Source: Anaerolineae bacterium
GTDB lineage: Bacteria > Chloroflexota > Anaerolineae > Aggregatilineales > UBA3940
Length of the DNA stretch: 62,218 nucleotides
Reading direction: 5' to 3'
Assembly (NCBI GenBank): GCA_016926985.1
Contig: JAFGNO010000192.1
Coordinates: 1-62,218, forward strand
Positions 62,163-62,218 of the stretch are shown piece after piece. Numbering within the stretch: the first letter of the stretch is position 1; every line of letters begins with the position of its first letter. The notes under the pieces are model-generated. The model saw only the letters and a program-made list of their open reading frames with translations, was not told where the DNA came from and did not search any database. The position numbers were made by a program, and so were the translations under genes.

Positions 62163-62218
62163 TTAGGCGAAAGATAAAATCATCCGAAATGGGCTATCAT
62201 TTCCTCTTTATTACACAG

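Noticed and set aside
1-62218. I looked for CRISPR arrays, tRNA/rRNA genes, IS elements, integrases, phage genes, toxin-antitoxin pairs, restriction or other defence genes, and long direct or inverted repeats.
   Set aside because: None was seen. The largest non-coding gaps (about 425, 257, 216, 212, 195 and 182 nt) are explained by the glmS ribozyme, terminators and promoters. No ORF has transposase, integrase or nuclease hallmarks. Repeat detection by eye is incomplete and should be repeated computationally.

Overview
This is a densely packed, moderately GC-rich bacterial chromosome segment with about 56 CDS and almost no non-coding space. It reads as core genome rather than an accessory island. 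The family content suggests a Chloroflexota-like (Anaerolineae-type) organism, which is inference: DUF2298 with the YYY motif, TIGR03663-type proteins, a GH57-only glycogen operon, YfhO, and PD40/NHL envelope proteins.

Left third (1-14.7 kb): syntenic with the Bacillus ylo/fap region. It holds tatC (partial), tatA/B, nusB, asp23, fabG, fabD, rpmF, coaD, recG, two DegV genes, DAK2/YloV, asp23, rpmB, rpe, a two-domain RNase H and rlmN.

Middle: HAD hydrolase, GT2, M20 peptidase, a HEAT protein, an S51-like/LLM/YfhO unit and rluB-cmk-plsC-DUF512. These are followed by a glmS ribozyme plus glmS, a GH57/glgA/glgC/GH57 glycogen operon, a TPR-lytic transglycosylase, an orphan receiver, trmI and two tandem PPC-domain lipoproteins.

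Right third: rplY, a TIGR03960 radical SAM gene, and a TlpA/PD40/TIGR03943/permease envelope unit. Next come a hypothetical gene, the TIGR03936 partner and a URO-D-like gene. The window ends with a 9.2-kb five-gene operon of giant polytopic GT-C-like proteins with an embedded ECF sigma/zinc anti-sigma pair.

I saw no rRNA, tRNA, CRISPR, transposase, integrase or recognisable defence or toxin genes, and I do not see a clear-cut new system. The best candidates for follow-up are:
- the ECF-wired DUF2298/TIGR03663/NHL operon;
- the tandem PPC-only lipoproteins;
- the RNase H with one active and one degenerate domain;
- a permease that seems to need a CTG start;
- several apparently leaderless genes;
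- an expanded glmS ribozyme.

All homology calls rest on motif recognition by eye. No searches were run.
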